Origin: Polyangia bacterium
Lineage (GTDB): Bacteria > Myxococcota_A > Polyangia > Fen-1088
Direction of reading: 5' to 3'
NCBI GenBank assembly: GCA_039916065.1
Contig: JBDSME010000642.1
Location: 1 to 39,057, forward strand
DNA: 39,057 nt
Within the stretch, counting starts at the first letter, position 1. Every line of letters starts with the position of its first letter. This document shows, in pieces, positions 17,991 through 27,438 of the stretch. The position numbers and the translations under genes are program-made. The notes under the pieces are model-generated. The model did no database searches, was not told the DNA's origin, and saw only the letters and a program-made list of their open reading frames with translations.

Positions 17991-18676
17991 GTGGCGTCGG
18001 AGCCGTGGCCGTTGATCACGCTGGAAAGCACGCGACGTATCTCTTCAAGGCGTGTGCCAAGCCGGCCATCGACCGTGGCCGCGTCAGATTCAACCAAGCA
18101 GTCGCCCGGCGTCAGATTCGTGTCGGGAAAGATCTCCACCTTGGCGATGCCCAGGTTGAATCCCATGTCGGTGCCAGCACCACCGCCACCGTGAGGACCT
18201 CCCGACGCCGCGCGCACCAGCTCCAGATCGCCAGGGGCCAGGTGAATGGTCACCCGGTGCTCCTCGGCCAGGCGGCGCACCGCCGACCGCACCAGCGCCC
18301 TGTGCGCCTCCACGTCGGTTTTCAGCTCCGCCTCGAGGATCCGCCGCGCCACCAGGCAGCCGATCTCGATGGCGGTCGAGGCCACCTCCGCACCAAGGCG
18401 GTCCGCGGTCAGGCGCAGCTCGGCGATGGCGCGTCCCAGACGCTCCGCCGCGTCATCGGTCATGTGGCTTGGGGGCGCGGGCAGCGGCGGCGCCAGCGAT
18501 TCCATGCCGTGTGCGCCTCCGTCCTCGCCGTCATCACCGACAGCGTGGAAGACCAGCTCGGCATCGCCGCCGTCGCCCCCGTCGCCGAACAGCCGGTGCT
18601 CCCCCTTTCCCGTGGAGCGGGTCATGAAGCTGGGGCTGCGGGCGCGGCGCCCGGTGGAGGCAGGCAGGGGAGGCAT
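17987..18676 (-). CDS. fliH: Flagellar export/assembly protein FliH
   Basis: Position between fliG and fliI. The C-terminal half (…VARRILEAELKTDVEAHRALVRSAVRRLAEEHRVTIHLAPGDLELV…DCLVESDAATVDGRLGTRLEEI) is FliH-like. I place the start at ATG 18674-18676, 4 nt after the fliG stop, rather than the longer track ORF. Confidence 0.8.
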   Translation of the reverse strand: MPPLPASTGRRARSPSFMTRSTGKGEHRLFGDGGDGGDAELVFHAVGDDGEDGGAHGMESLAPPLPAPPSHMTDDAAERLGRAIAELRLTADRLGAEVASTAIEIGCLVARRILEAELKTDVEAHRALVRSAVRRLAEEHRVTIHLAPGDLELVRAASGGPHGGGGAGTDMGFNLGIAKVEIFPDTNLTPGDCLVESDAATVDGRLGTRLEEIRRVLSSVINGHGSDAT

Positions 18677-18680
18677 AGCC

Positions 18681-19727
18681 CTACACCATCTTGTCGGCGG
18701 GGCCGACCACCGTGATGCGCCCCTGCTCTGCCAGCGTGAAGGCAATTTTTACCAGCTCGCTTTGCGCCAACTCCACGTCGGCCAGCTTGACCGGACCCAT
18801 GGCGCCGATGTCGTCGGACAACATCTGCGCCGCCCGGCTGGACATGTTCTTGAGGATCTTGTCCCTCACCGTGGTGGTGGCACCCTTCAGGGCCACCGCA
18901 AGACGGCTGGTGTCCACCTCGCGCAGGAAGGTCTGGACGTCGCGGTCCGAAAGGTTCGTCAGGTCCTGGAAGGTGAACAGCTTGGTCCGCAGCTCCGCCG
19001 CCAGCTCTGGATCGTCCTTCTCGATCTCCTGCACGGCCTCGGATTGCTGGGCCGCCGGCGTGCGACGCAACAGCTCGACCGCTGCACCCTTGCCGTCGAA
19101 GCGGCGCATGCCGCTGGACACAGCGGCGCGCAACTCGATGGACAGGGCGTTGCCCACCTCGCGCAGGACCTCCGGCGCCACCGCCTCCAGCGTGGCCAGC
19201 CGCCGCAGGATCTGCGGGCGCTGCGCCTCCGGGATCAGCTTCAGCACCAGGCCGGCGCGGGCAGGCTCCATCGCCCCCAGCACCAGCGCCACTGTCTGCG
19301 GCTGCTCCCGCGACAGGATCATCGCCAGGGCCTCCGGGTCGGCCAGGGCCACGGGCCCCAGCACCTCGTCGGCTTGTGGGGGCGGGGCCACGCCGTCGAA
19401 GGCACGGCGGGCCATGTCGGCGCCCAGCACCTGCGCCGCTACCGCGCGCAACATTCCATCGCCAGCGGCCGCGTCGCCACCGACCACATCCAGCGAATCC
19501 ACGAACGACCCCAGCGCCTGCGGCACGGCGTTGGGATTGCGGCGAATGTTGCGCGCCCCGATGGCGACGGCGCGCACCGTGGGTTCATCCAGGTGCTGGA
19601 AGACCGCCGCGGCCAGTTCTGGCCCCAGCCCCAGCAGCACGGCCGCCGCGCGCTGGGTGCCCGGGCCGGCGTCACGTCGGCCGGCGGCGCTGTTGGGATC
19701 GTTGGAATTCGGGGTCGGGTCGGCCAC
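18681..19727 (-). CDS. fliG: Flagellar motor switch protein FliG
   Basis: 348 aa with typical FliG N/M/C organisation (…AAVLLGLGPELAAAVFQHLDE…, …LSDRDVQTFLREVDTSRLAVALKGA…MSSRAAQML…). Confidence 0.95.
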   Translation of the reverse strand: MADPTPNSNDPNSAAGRRDAGPGTQRAAAVLLGLGPELAAAVFQHLDEPTVRAVAIGARNIRRNPNAVPQALGSFVDSLDVVGGDAAAGDGMLRAVAAQVLGADMARRAFDGVAPPPQADEVLGPVALADPEALAMILSREQPQTVALVLGAMEPARAGLVLKLIPEAQRPQILRRLATLEAVAPEVLREVGNALSIELRAAVSSGMRRFDGKGAAVELLRRTPAAQQSEAVQEIEKDDPELAAELRTKLFTFQDLTNLSDRDVQTFLREVDTSRLAVALKGATTTVRDKILKNMSSRAAQMLSDDIGAMGPVKLADVELAQSELVKIAFTLAEQGRITVVGPADKMV

Positions 19728-19730
19728 GTT

Positions 19731-21320
19731 CTAGCTCCTCTGCTCGCTGTCGGTGTTGATCCAGGCCTTCAACAGGTGGGCGGCCCGGGCGGGATCGTTG
19801 CGCGCCAGCTCTCGGGCGCGATCACGCACTCCCACGTTGGGGTCGCCCTGCCCGGCCGCGATGGCGGCGGTGGGACGCATCGAGCCCAGCGCGGGATCGC
19901 CGCCCATCATGGCCTCCAGCTCCCCCACCCGCGCCCCGGGACGCAGCATCCCCATGCTGGACGCGGAGGCTGACGAGGCCAGACCCCGCATCTTCGAGAT
20001 TGCCAGCGCCGCGATGATCAACAGGATCACACCGCCGACGAGCTGCGCGATGCGCATGATGCGCGGCGAGTCCAGGAACGACAGCTTGGTCTCGGGCGGT
20101 TCGACAGGACGGCTGAACGCGGAGGCCGAGATCTGGAACTGGTCTCCGCGCGCGGCGTCGAATCCCACGGCGCTCTTGGCCAGCGCCTCCAGGCGCTTCA
20201 GCTCGGCTTCGGGGCGCGACTTGCCGCCAGGAGTATCCAGCAACACCGCCACCGACAGCTTCTTCAGCCGCGAGCCGCGCGTGATGGTGTGGGTGACGGT
20301 CTTGGTGATCTCGTAGTTCTTGGTCTCGTCCTCGCGGGCGTTGGTGCCACGGTTGGCCCCGCCACCGCCGCCGGGCACGCCCGCCAGCGGCTGATTGGCC
20401 GCAGCACCCGCCACACCCGCGGGACCGGAGGCGTCCTGCTGGCTCTGCTCGGTGGTCTTGTGCTCGCTGCGCACCGCCGAGCCCTCGGGATCGTAAGAAT
20501 CGTTGGTGGTCTCGACTTCGCTGGTGTCGAAGGAAGCGCTGACCTTCGCCACCACGGCGCCCTGCCCCATGGCGGGCTCCAGGAGATCGACGATGCGCTG
20601 CTCGAACGCATGCTCCACGTCGCGCTGCTCGCTGGCGGCCTTGCCGGCGGCGGAGGTATCTCCGGCCAGCACCGTGCCCCGTCCATCCACGATGGTCACC
20701 GCTTCGGGCGACAGACCCGTGACCGCGGAGGCCACCAGGTGGCGCACCCCGGCGATCTCCTTGTCCGCCATCACCCGTCCGGGCTGCAGGTTCAGCGCAA
20801 CGCCGGCCGACGCCTTGCGATCCTCGTCGCGGTACAGCCCCTTCTCGGGAAGGGTGATGTGCACGCGCGCCGAACGCACCGATGCCAGGCGCGAGATGGT
20901 CCGCCCCAGCTCGCCCTCGATGGCGCGCCGCAGGTTCACCTTCTGAGTGAACTCCGACACGCCCAGATCGCCGCGATCGAAGATCTCGAAGCCGACCCCG
21001 CCACCGCGCGGAAGCCCGGCAGCGGCCAACAGGAGACGCGCGTCATAGACCTGGGAGGCCGGGACCGACAGCGCCGTCCCTCCCGCGTCGATCTTGAAGG
21101 CAATCTTGGCCGACTTGAGGTGTGCGGCCGCCTCGGCTGAATCTTCCGCGGACAGGTTGGTGAACGCGTACTCCCAGGCGCCGTTGTTTCCGCCTAGCTG
21201 GGTCACCGCCATGATCACCGCCAGAACGGCCAGACCGGCGAAGGCCCCGAACTTGATCGACGGGGGCAGCGACGCCAGTCGTCTGGGCAATTCGCGCAGT
21301 TGATTGAAGAGCGGTTCCAT
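19731..21320 (-). CDS. fliF: Flagellar MS-ring protein FliF
   Basis: 529 aa with an N-terminal TM segment, YscJ/FliF ring-building motifs (…VPASQVYDARLLLAAAGLP…FEIFD…) and a C-terminal TM segment. Confidence 0.95.
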   Translation of the reverse strand: MEPLFNQLRELPRRLASLPPSIKFGAFAGLAVLAVIMAVTQLGGNNGAWEYAFTNLSAEDSAEAAAHLKSAKIAFKIDAGGTALSVPASQVYDARLLLAAAGLPRGGGVGFEIFDRGDLGVSEFTQKVNLRRAIEGELGRTISRLASVRSARVHITLPEKGLYRDEDRKASAGVALNLQPGRVMADKEIAGVRHLVASAVTGLSPEAVTIVDGRGTVLAGDTSAAGKAASEQRDVEHAFEQRIVDLLEPAMGQGAVVAKVSASFDTSEVETTNDSYDPEGSAVRSEHKTTEQSQQDASGPAGVAGAAANQPLAGVPGGGGGANRGTNAREDETKNYEITKTVTHTITRGSRLKKLSVAVLLDTPGGKSRPEAELKRLEALAKSAVGFDAARGDQFQISASAFSRPVEPPETKLSFLDSPRIMRIAQLVGGVILLIIAALAISKMRGLASSASASSMGMLRPGARVGELEAMMGGDPALGSMRPTAAIAAGQGDPNVGVRDRARELARNDPARAAHLLKAWINTDSEQRS

Positions 21321-21376
21321 CGAGCAGTCCTTTCAGTGACCAGAGCGTCAAATTCAGTTCGGTTGTCCCGTTCGTG

Positions 21377-21694
21377 TCAGACGCTCATCCGCATGATTTC
21401 CTGGTAGGCGTCGATCAACTTGTTGCGCACCTTCATGGCCAGACGCATCGATACGTCCGCCTTCTCCAGCGCCAGCGACATTTCGTGCAGGTTGCCCCCG
21501 CCCATGGCCACTTTCTCGGCCTGGACATCGGCGTCGACTTGCATCTGATCGACCTTCTGCAGGGCGCCGCCCAGGGTCTCGGCAAAGCCGCTGCCCGACG
21601 CGCTCTTCAAGCTGCGGTCGACCTGGCCCACGCTGTCCGACTGCAACTGCTCTGCGCCGGCACTCCCGATCGAACGCATGGTCTCGATGCTCAT
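21377..21694 (-). CDS. fliE: Flagellar hook-basal body protein FliE
   Basis: 105 aa. C-terminal …NLHEMSLALEKADVSMRLAMKVRNKLIDAYQEIMRM is typical of FliE. Confidence 0.9.
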   Translation of the reverse strand: MSIETMRSIGSAGAEQLQSDSVGQVDRSLKSASGSGFAETLGGALQKVDQMQVDADVQAEKVAMGGGNLHEMSLALEKADVSMRLAMKVRNKLIDAYQEIMRMSV

Positions 21695-21728
21695 GACGGA
21701 TCCCTTTCTCCTTCAGCGCGCGCCCCGG

Positions 21729-22160
21729 TCATCGCGCGATGTCCAGCCCGCGCTGGGCCATGGTTTTCAAGGTCTCGACGGCGGTGGCGTTTGCCTCGTA
21801 GCTGCGCGACGCGGACATCAGATTCACCACCTCGTGCACGGGATTGACGTTGGGAAAGGTCACGAACCCCTCCGGATCGGCGTCGGGATGGCCCGGGCTG
21901 TAGACCCGCCGCCCCGGCGTCTGGTCGGCCACCACAGCGGAGATCTCCGCCTTCATCACCGGATTGCTCATGGCCTGGGCCTCGCCAAGCTCCCTGGGAA
22001 AAGCCACCGCCTGGATCACCGGATCCAGCCGCTTGTAAGGGCCTCCCTCGGCGGTACGGGTGGTCTCCGCATTGGCCAGGTTCGAGGTGGCGAGGTTGAC
22101 CCGGGTGCGCTCGACGCCCAGGCCGGCGCCACTGATTCGCAAGGCGGTCAGAAAGTCCAT
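21729..22160 (-). CDS. flgC: Flagellar basal-body rod protein FlgC
   Basis: MDFLTALRISGAGLGVERTRVNLATSNLANAETT… plus the C-terminal …VVNLMSASRSYEANATAVETLKTMAQRGLDI. Confidence 0.95.
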   Translation of the reverse strand: MDFLTALRISGAGLGVERTRVNLATSNLANAETTRTAEGGPYKRLDPVIQAVAFPRELGEAQAMSNPVMKAEISAVVADQTPGRRVYSPGHPDADPEGFVTFPNVNPVHEVVNLMSASRSYEANATAVETLKTMAQRGLDIAR

Positions 22161-22162
22161 GA

Positions 22163-22600
22163 CTAGCTCCCTCCGTCGGAGACGACATAGCGCAGGATGG
22201 CCAGCTTCTTGCCGGCGGCGCGCGCGCTGGCGCCGTACTGAAGGGAATTTTCCGCCAGCCCCGCCATGGTCCGATCCAGATCGACCTGGTTGCCGTCGAT
22301 GCTGGGGCTGTTGCCCGCGCCATCGCGCACCAGCGTGGTGGCTGCCGTGGTGGCGCTCGATTCGTTCAGGTTGCCGGAGGCCGCGCCGTTCACGCCCAGA
22401 TGGCGTTCATCGGTGGCGGCCATGACACCGGCGTTTGCTTCCTGCTGCGCCGCCGCCATCGCTTGCGAAAAGTCCAGCTCCTTGGGACGGTAGGCGGGTG
22501 TATCCGCGTTGGCGATGTTCCCCGCCAGCACGTTGTGCTCGACCAGGCGAACGTCCAGCGACTGCTGCAGCCGCGTCAGAGTTGTGTCGAAAAGTTTCAT
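22163..22600 (-). CDS. flgB: Flagellar basal-body rod protein FlgB
   Basis: MKLFDTTLTRLQQSLDVRLVEHNVLAGNIANADTPAYRPK… The ATG at 22598-22600 is preceded by GGAGG (22606-22610) with a 5-nt spacer. The track's upstream extension to 22624 would overlap the promoter. Confidence 0.9.
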   Translation of the reverse strand: MKLFDTTLTRLQQSLDVRLVEHNVLAGNIANADTPAYRPKELDFSQAMAAAQQEANAGVMAATDERHLGVNGAASGNLNESSATTAATTLVRDGAGNSPSIDGNQVDLDRTMAGLAENSLQYGASARAAGKKLAILRYVVSDGGS

Positions 22601-22624
22601 GCAGACCTCCGTGGTGACCCTCAC

Positions 22625-22640
22625 TGCGAGGGTCGTGCCA
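22625..22640 (-). promoter_or_regulatory. Sigma54-type -24/-12 promoter of the flgB operon: TGGCAC-gaccc-TCGCA
   Basis: Minus-strand sequence is tggcacgaccctcgca. The -24 hexamer matches 6/6, GG-N10-GC spacing is exact, and the -12 element is TCGCA against TTGCA. The predicted +1 is near 22614, just 5' of the flgB SD. The site is 51 nt downstream of a sigma54-activator gene. Confidence 0.6.
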
Positions 22641-22690
22641 GCGTCGGAGATCTGGCGCGCGTCGACGGCCCGGTCATCCCTGCCCGGCAG

Positions 22691-23860
22691 CTATTGCCCG
22701 GCGGCAACGGCTGCCGACCGAAAGGCGCGCAGCTTGTTGCGAAGCGTGCGCAGGCTGATGCCGAGCCGGCGCGCCGCGCGCGTGCGATTGCCACACTCCA
22801 GCCGCAGTGCCTCCCCGATTGCCAGCCGCTCCAGCGTGGCCAGTTCGGTGGGCCAGCCCGCGGGAAACCGCGGATCCCCGGGGAGGGTCACCTCCGACGG
22901 AGAGTTCGCACCTTCTCGCACGCTCGACGCCGCGGAATCCTCTTCACTGACACCGTCGCTGGTGGTGGTCCACTGCGCGCGTCCCGCCCAGTCGGCCGCG
23001 CCCCCTCCGCCGCGCAGGATTCCTGCCGGCAGGTCCAGATGGTTCAGCTCCAGCACTGGCTCACGGCAGCGCACCAGCGCGCGTTCCAGGATGTTGCCCA
23101 GCTCGCGCACGTTGCCGGGGAAGTTGTAGGCGGCGAGCGCCCGCACGGCGTTGGCGCCCAGCCCCGGCGCCTGGCGCCCCAACGATTGCGCCAGCACCCG
23201 CACCAGCTCGTCCGCCAGGGCGGGGATGTCCTGGCGGCGGTCGCGCAGGGGCGGAAGCTGAATCGGAAAGACATTCAGCCGGTAGTAAAGATCGCCGCGG
23301 AACTCCTTGCGGTCCACCATCTCAAGCAACGACCGGTTGGAGGTGGCGATCACCCGTACGTCGACCGGAATGGGGCGGGTGCCTCCGATGCGATCGATCT
23401 CGCGCTCTTGCAGGACGCGCAGCAACTTCGCCTGCAGCGCCAGCGGCAGCTCCGAGATCTCGTCCAGCAGCAGCGTTCCGCCGTCGGCCTGCTCGATGCG
23501 CCCGATCCGGCGTTGATTGGCCCCGGTGAACGCGCCACGCTCGTGGCCGAAGAGCTCTCCTTCCAGCAGCGCCGCCGGCAGGGCCGCGCAGTTCACCGCC
23601 ACCCAGGGCAAGTCGGCGCGCGGCGAGCAGCGGTGGATGTGGCGCGCCAGGATTTCCTTGCCCGTGCCGCTCTCCCCCAGGATCAGCACCGTGGTGGAGG
23701 CCACAGCCACGTCCTCGGCCGCCGCCAGCACCTCGCGCATGGCGGGACTCTCACCGATGGGAAGCAAAGCCGATCGCGCCACCGACACCGTTTCGCGGCC
23801 CGCGGCCTGCGCCGCCGCGGAACCGGGCCGGACCGGTGAGCGACCAAGAGCCCCGTTCAC
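22691..23860 (-). CDS. Sigma54-dependent transcriptional activator (AAA+ domain plus Fis-type HTH) lacking an N-terminal sensory/receiver domain (EBP1)
   Basis: GESGTGKE Walker A begins about 60 aa from the start. GAFTGA lies at 23519-23536, followed by DVRVIATSN, the GNVRELGN motif and a C-terminal [23 protein letters not shown]. Its GTG start overlaps the upstream stop (GTGA). Confidence 0.9.
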   Translation of the reverse strand: MNGALGRSPVRPGSAAAQAAGRETVSVARSALLPIGESPAMREVLAAAEDVAVASTTVLILGESGTGKEILARHIHRCSPRADLPWVAVNCAALPAALLEGELFGHERGAFTGANQRRIGRIEQADGGTLLLDEISELPLALQAKLLRVLQEREIDRIGGTRPIPVDVRVIATSNRSLLEMVDRKEFRGDLYYRLNVFPIQLPPLRDRRQDIPALADELVRVLAQSLGRQAPGLGANAVRALAAYNFPGNVRELGNILERALVRCREPVLELNHLDLPAGILRGGGGAADWAGRAQWTTTSDGVSEEDSAASSVREGANSPSEVTLPGDPRFPAGWPTELATLERLAIGEALRLECGNRTRAARRLGISLRTLRNKLRAFRSAAVAAGQ

Positions 23861-25758
23861 CGTGGGGCCTCGGCGTTCTTTTCGACGTTCTGGTCAAAGT
23901 TCTTGGCCAGCGCCGCGGAGCCATCAGATGACCGATCAGGTTTGGTGGTGGCAGCACTGGGACCACGCTCGGCACCACCGGATGGCGATCGCGTCGACCG
24001 CGTTCCTGGTGCCGCGGCCGAGGAATCGCCGGCGCCCGCGCTGCCTCCCCCGGAGCCGGGTGACTGTCCGCGGGCATCGCGGGTTCCGTTCAGTACGCTG
24101 CGCGCCCGCTCCGCGAGCTCGCGCGCACGCTTCAGCTCGTTGACCGTGGACCGAAATTCAACGTCGATGGCCGCCTGTTGGGCGGGAGAGACCTCATCCT
24201 GGGCGGCGGCGGCGGCCAGCGCCTGGAATACGGCATTCCAGCGCGCACCCTGGAGGGCCCCGGCGGACGCAGCGGACGCCGAACTGCCGGCGGCTGACTT
24301 GCCGGAACCGTCGCTGGAACCGGCGGCACCACTCCGCCTGGTGCGCTTGAGCTCACTCGGGGGGAGCCGGCTCTGAGCGTACTCGACCACGATGCGCGCC
24401 CGCGCCCAGTTGTCTCCGTCCAGGAAAGTCTCCGCAGCCAGCAGCAAGTGGTCTGAGAGCTGAGCGTCAGGAACCTGCGGCGCCATCGCCGCCAGCAAAT
24501 TGCCGCCGAAGGCGGGGGCACCCAGGCGCGAGGCCAGCGGCGCCGCCGCCTGCGCCAGGTCCACCGCCATCGGTCCTTTGTCCCACCCGACCAGGGCAAG
24601 ATAAGTCTCCACGAGCTGCTCCAGATATTCCCGCTCCGGGCCTTCCAGCGGCGGCTTCTTCGGCGTGCCGGACTTTCCTTCGCTGCCGCCGCTGCCGCCG
24701 GTGCCGCCGCTGGCCAGCCAGCGCGGGTTGACCGCAGCGTCGGCCGCGCGCATCGCCGCGATCAGGATGCGCCGGCACAGCAACTCACCGTCTTCGCGGC
24801 AGACGCTTGCCGCGCCATGCGCCTTCACCTGACGGGCGATCACCTGTGCCGCTGACGGCAACCGCCCCGCGTAAGCCTCGGCACGCGCCGCCCGAATGGT
24901 GGTTTCGGCACGCAGCGGTTCGGGCATCCCCGTCGTGTCGAAGGCACGCAGCACCTGCTGCGTGGTGGTCAGACAGCGGCCATCAAGCTCACACAACCGC
25001 GCGTCGGCGACCCGGCCGAACATCCCGAAGGAGCCAGCGCGACGGTACCAGCCCGCGGCGGTGATGGGGTCGCCGGTGGCGATGGCCAGGTCACCCAGGC
25101 GAACGCAGGCCATCTGGCGTGCGGTGGTGTCCAGGGCCTGCCGAAAGTGCCCGGCGGCCTCCAGCAAGTGTCCGCCCTTCAGCTCGCACTCGCCGCGCGC
25201 CGCCGGCGACTTGCCGGGACAGCTTTGCCCAAGGCCCACCCGCCAGGGGTCGTAGTGGTACGCGGGAGGAGCATCAGGGCCGGGCCGCCACGGCAAGCCG
25301 CGCAGCTCGTTGATGTCCAGATAGGTTTCGTTGCGTTCGTGAGTGAGCTGGGTCTCGATCCGCGCGCTGCGACAGGTCAACTCGACCACGCCGTACTTCA
25401 GCGCCACCTGGGGACAGAGAAAGCCGGCGTGTTTGAGGACGCGCGCCAGCAGCAGCGCCGCGCTGTCACCTTTACCCGGAGTCAGGCGGATCCGCCGCAC
25501 CAGCGCATCCGTGGAGAGCACGATGGGGCTGCGCGTCCGCGGCAGCGGGATCCGCTCCGTGGTGGCGGAGATGGTCATCCGCAGCAAGCCCTGGGAAGGA
25601 CCGTCTCCTTCCTTGGTGGGCCGCCCGGACCGCACAACTGTACTGGCGGGTGCGGAATTGTCCGCCACCGCCGCGGCCGCTACACGCACCGGCGCCGTTC
25701 CATGGCCCGCCAGGGCCACTCCAGGTATCAGCGCCAGAATTGCGACGTTCCACACCAC
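23857..25758 (-). CDS. Exported protein of unknown function, 633 aa: signal peptide, Cys-containing N-domain, helical/TPR-like middle, Gly/Ser-rich low-complexity tail
   Basis: The N-terminal [20 protein letters not shown] is signal-like. I recognise no family signature. The gene is translationally coupled to EBP1 and lies 39 nt downstream of EBP2. It has a GTG start, so the 5' end is uncertain. Confidence 0.6.
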   Translation of the reverse strand: MVWNVAILALIPGVALAGHGTAPVRVAAAAVADNSAPASTVVRSGRPTKEGDGPSQGLLRMTISATTERIPLPRTRSPIVLSTDALVRRIRLTPGKGDSAALLLARVLKHAGFLCPQVALKYGVVELTCRSARIETQLTHERNETYLDINELRGLPWRPGPDAPPAYHYDPWRVGLGQSCPGKSPAARGECELKGGHLLEAAGHFRQALDTTARQMACVRLGDLAIATGDPITAAGWYRRAGSFGMFGRVADARLCELDGRCLTTTQQVLRAFDTTGMPEPLRAETTIRAARAEAYAGRLPSAAQVIARQVKAHGAASVCREDGELLCRRILIAAMRAADAAVNPRWLASGGTGGSGGSEGKSGTPKKPPLEGPEREYLEQLVETYLALVGWDKGPMAVDLAQAAAPLASRLGAPAFGGNLLAAMAPQVPDAQLSDHLLLAAETFLDGDNWARARIVVEYAQSRLPPSELKRTRRSGAAGSSDGSGKSAAGSSASAASAGALQGARWNAVFQALAAAAAQDEVSPAQQAAIDVEFRSTVNELKRARELAERARSVLNGTRDARGQSPGSGGGSAGAGDSSAAAPGTRSTRSPSGGAERGPSAATTKPDRSSDGSAALAKNFDQNVEKNAEAPR

Positions 25759-25772
25759 GATGTTCCGGGAAC

Positions 25773-25788
25773 TGCACCCACCGTGCCG
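25773..25788 (-). promoter_or_regulatory. Candidate sigma54-type promoter: CGGCAC-ggtgg-GTGCA
   Basis: The minus strand reads cggcacggtgggtgca with exact GG-N10-GC spacing, in the 39-nt gap between EBP2 and the 633-aa ORF. Caveat: the predicted +1 (~25762) leaves only about 4 nt before the annotated GTG start. Confidence 0.3.
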
Positions 25789-25797
25789 CCGTTCACG

Positions 25798-27285
25798 TCA
25801 CGAGCGTGGCGCGAACGGTGAAGATGGCGCGGAGAACGCCGGCTGATCGTCGCCGACCCCGCGCGCGGCGCCTGCAGAGTCGATCGTCTGACCTTCGGGC
25901 GCTCGACCTTCGAGCGTCAGACCATCGGGGCCCTCGTCGGGGCGATCAGAGGCCCGGCGGCGAAGCTTTTCCACCAGCGTGGTCCGTCCCATGCCCAGCA
26001 ACTTCGCCGCTTCCTTCTTGTTGCTGCCTGTCTGGACCAGCGCCGCGTTGATGTAGCGGTTCTCCAACTCGCGCAGCATGGTGGGCAGGTCAATGGGAAA
26101 CTGCAGGATGGGCGTGGGCGTGTTGCCAGTGCCGTTGGGCGCCGGCGCGTTCGCCAGGTGCGCCGCACGCACCTGAGCGGCCATGTCGGACAGTGAGGCC
26201 AGCGACGCCAGCGACGCCACACCGGGCTCGTTCGTGTCGAGGCTGCCCGGGACAGCAGCGTCGGCGACCAGCGTCGGCTCCGCGGCCGGGAACGACGACG
26301 GGGGCGGCGACGACGCGTCCATCGTCAGTGAGCCCGGCGACCGCTCCAGCAACTCGGCCGGCCATCCCGATTCCCAGCCCGCATCGACGTGGACGTCGGT
26401 AGGCGCGGCGCCGGTATCGACCATCACGGGCGGCGGTGGCATGTCCATGGCCGCGGGGGCGAACAGACTGTTCTCCAGGGCGTCCAGGTGCGGAGCCCGG
26501 ATGCCCAGGGGAAGGTCGGACATGCGAATGACCTCCCCTTCCGCACAGACTGACACGCGCTCGACCAGATTCTCCAACTCGCGCACATTGCCCATCCAGT
26601 CATACGAGGACAGGCATTGCATCACGGCAGCCTCGATCGGGCGCGTTTCGCCGCGGCGGGACCAAAAGAAATGAAACAGGGGACCGATGTCGCCGCGCCG
26701 CTCGCGCAGCGCGGGCAGGCGAACCGGACACACATGGAGCCGGTAATAAAGATCGCTGCGAAATCGTCCGGCCCGGACTTCGTCGGCCAGGTTGCGGTTG
26801 GTGGCGGCGATCAGCCGAAAGTTGGCCGCCACCGATTCGGAGCTGCCGATGGGCTCGTAGGACCGCTCCTGCAACAGGCGCAAGAGCTTCACCTGGAGGG
26901 ACAGCGGCAACTCGCCGATCTCGTCGAGAAACAGCGTGCCCCCCTCGGCCATGGCCACCCGCCCCTTGCGGGAGGAGGCAGCCCCGGTGAAGGCTCCCTT
27001 CACATATCCGAACAGCTCGCTCTCCAGGAGCGTCTCGGGGATGGCGCCGCAGTTCACCGGAACGAACCCGCGGGCCTGCCGCGGGCTGTGGGTATGAATG
27101 AAGCGGGCGAAGACCTCCTTGCCGGTCCCCGTCTCACCGGTGAGCAGGACGGTGGCATCGCTGGCCGCCACGCGGGCGCAGGTCCGCTTGGTATCGACCA
27201 GAGGGCTTTGCGGTCCGTGAACCAGACCGAAGGCGCCCGCTGACGAGGTCGACACCTGGTTCATCGTCGTCGCGGAAAACGCCAC
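25798..27285 (-). CDS. Sigma54-dependent transcriptional activator (AAA+ domain, long Pro/Ala-rich linker, Fis-type HTH) lacking an N-terminal sensory/receiver domain (EBP2)
   Basis: GETGTGKE Walker A begins about 50 aa from the start. GAFTGA lies at 26980-26997, followed by NFRLIATNR, GNVRELEN and a C-terminal NKKEAAKLLGMGRTTLVEKL HTH. GTG at 27285 has AGGAGG 9 nt upstream; an alternative ATG lies at 27264. Confidence 0.9.
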   Translation of the reverse strand: MAFSATTMNQVSTSSAGAFGLVHGPQSPLVDTKRTCARVAASDATVLLTGETGTGKEVFARFIHTHSPRQARGFVPVNCGAIPETLLESELFGYVKGAFTGAASSRKGRVAMAEGGTLFLDEIGELPLSLQVKLLRLLQERSYEPIGSSESVAANFRLIAATNRNLADEVRAGRFRSDLYYRLHVCPVRLPALRERRGDIGPLFHFFWSRRGETRPIEAAVMQCLSSYDWMGNVRELENLVERVSVCAEGEVIRMSDLPLGIRAPHLDALENSLFAPAAMDMPPPPVMVDTGAAPTDVHVDAGWESGWPAELLERSPGSLTMDASSPPPSSFPAAEPTLVADAAVPGSLDTNEPGVASLASLASLSDMAAQVRAAHLANAPAPNGTGNTPTPILQFPIDLPTMLRELENRYINAALVQTGSNKKEAAKLLGMGRTTLVEKLRRRASDRPDEGPDGLTLEGRAPEGQTIDSAGAARGVGDDQPAFSAPSSPFAPRS

Positions 27286-27304
27286 CGAGCCGGTCCTCCT
27301 TCAA

Positions 27305-27320
27305 AGCAAGTCATGTTCCT
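27305..27320 (-). promoter_or_regulatory. Weak candidate sigma54-type promoter upstream of EBP2: AGGAAC-atgac-TTGCT
   Basis: GG-N10-GC spacing is exact, the -12 element matches 5/5 and the -24 element 4/6. The predicted +1 would fall inside the SD assigned to the GTG start, so it fits only the ATG 27264 start. Confidence 0.2.
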
Positions 27321-27438
27321 GGCCATCGACCGCCCGGCCGTTTTCTTAAGGCACACCGCCGGTTTTGTGGCGCGACGAGGCGGGATCCTGACGCGAAGAA
27401 TCGCCGCTCATTCACTACAGAACAGACCCGAGCAACCG

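Noticed and set aside
22601-22624. Upstream extension of flgB (MRVTTEVC…), and likewise fliH 18677-18745 and the YlxF-like gene 16514-16591
   Set aside because: The internal starts have better context: a GGAGG SD for flgB, and starts 4 nt after or overlapping the upstream stop for the other two. The extensions would overlap the promoter or the preceding gene.
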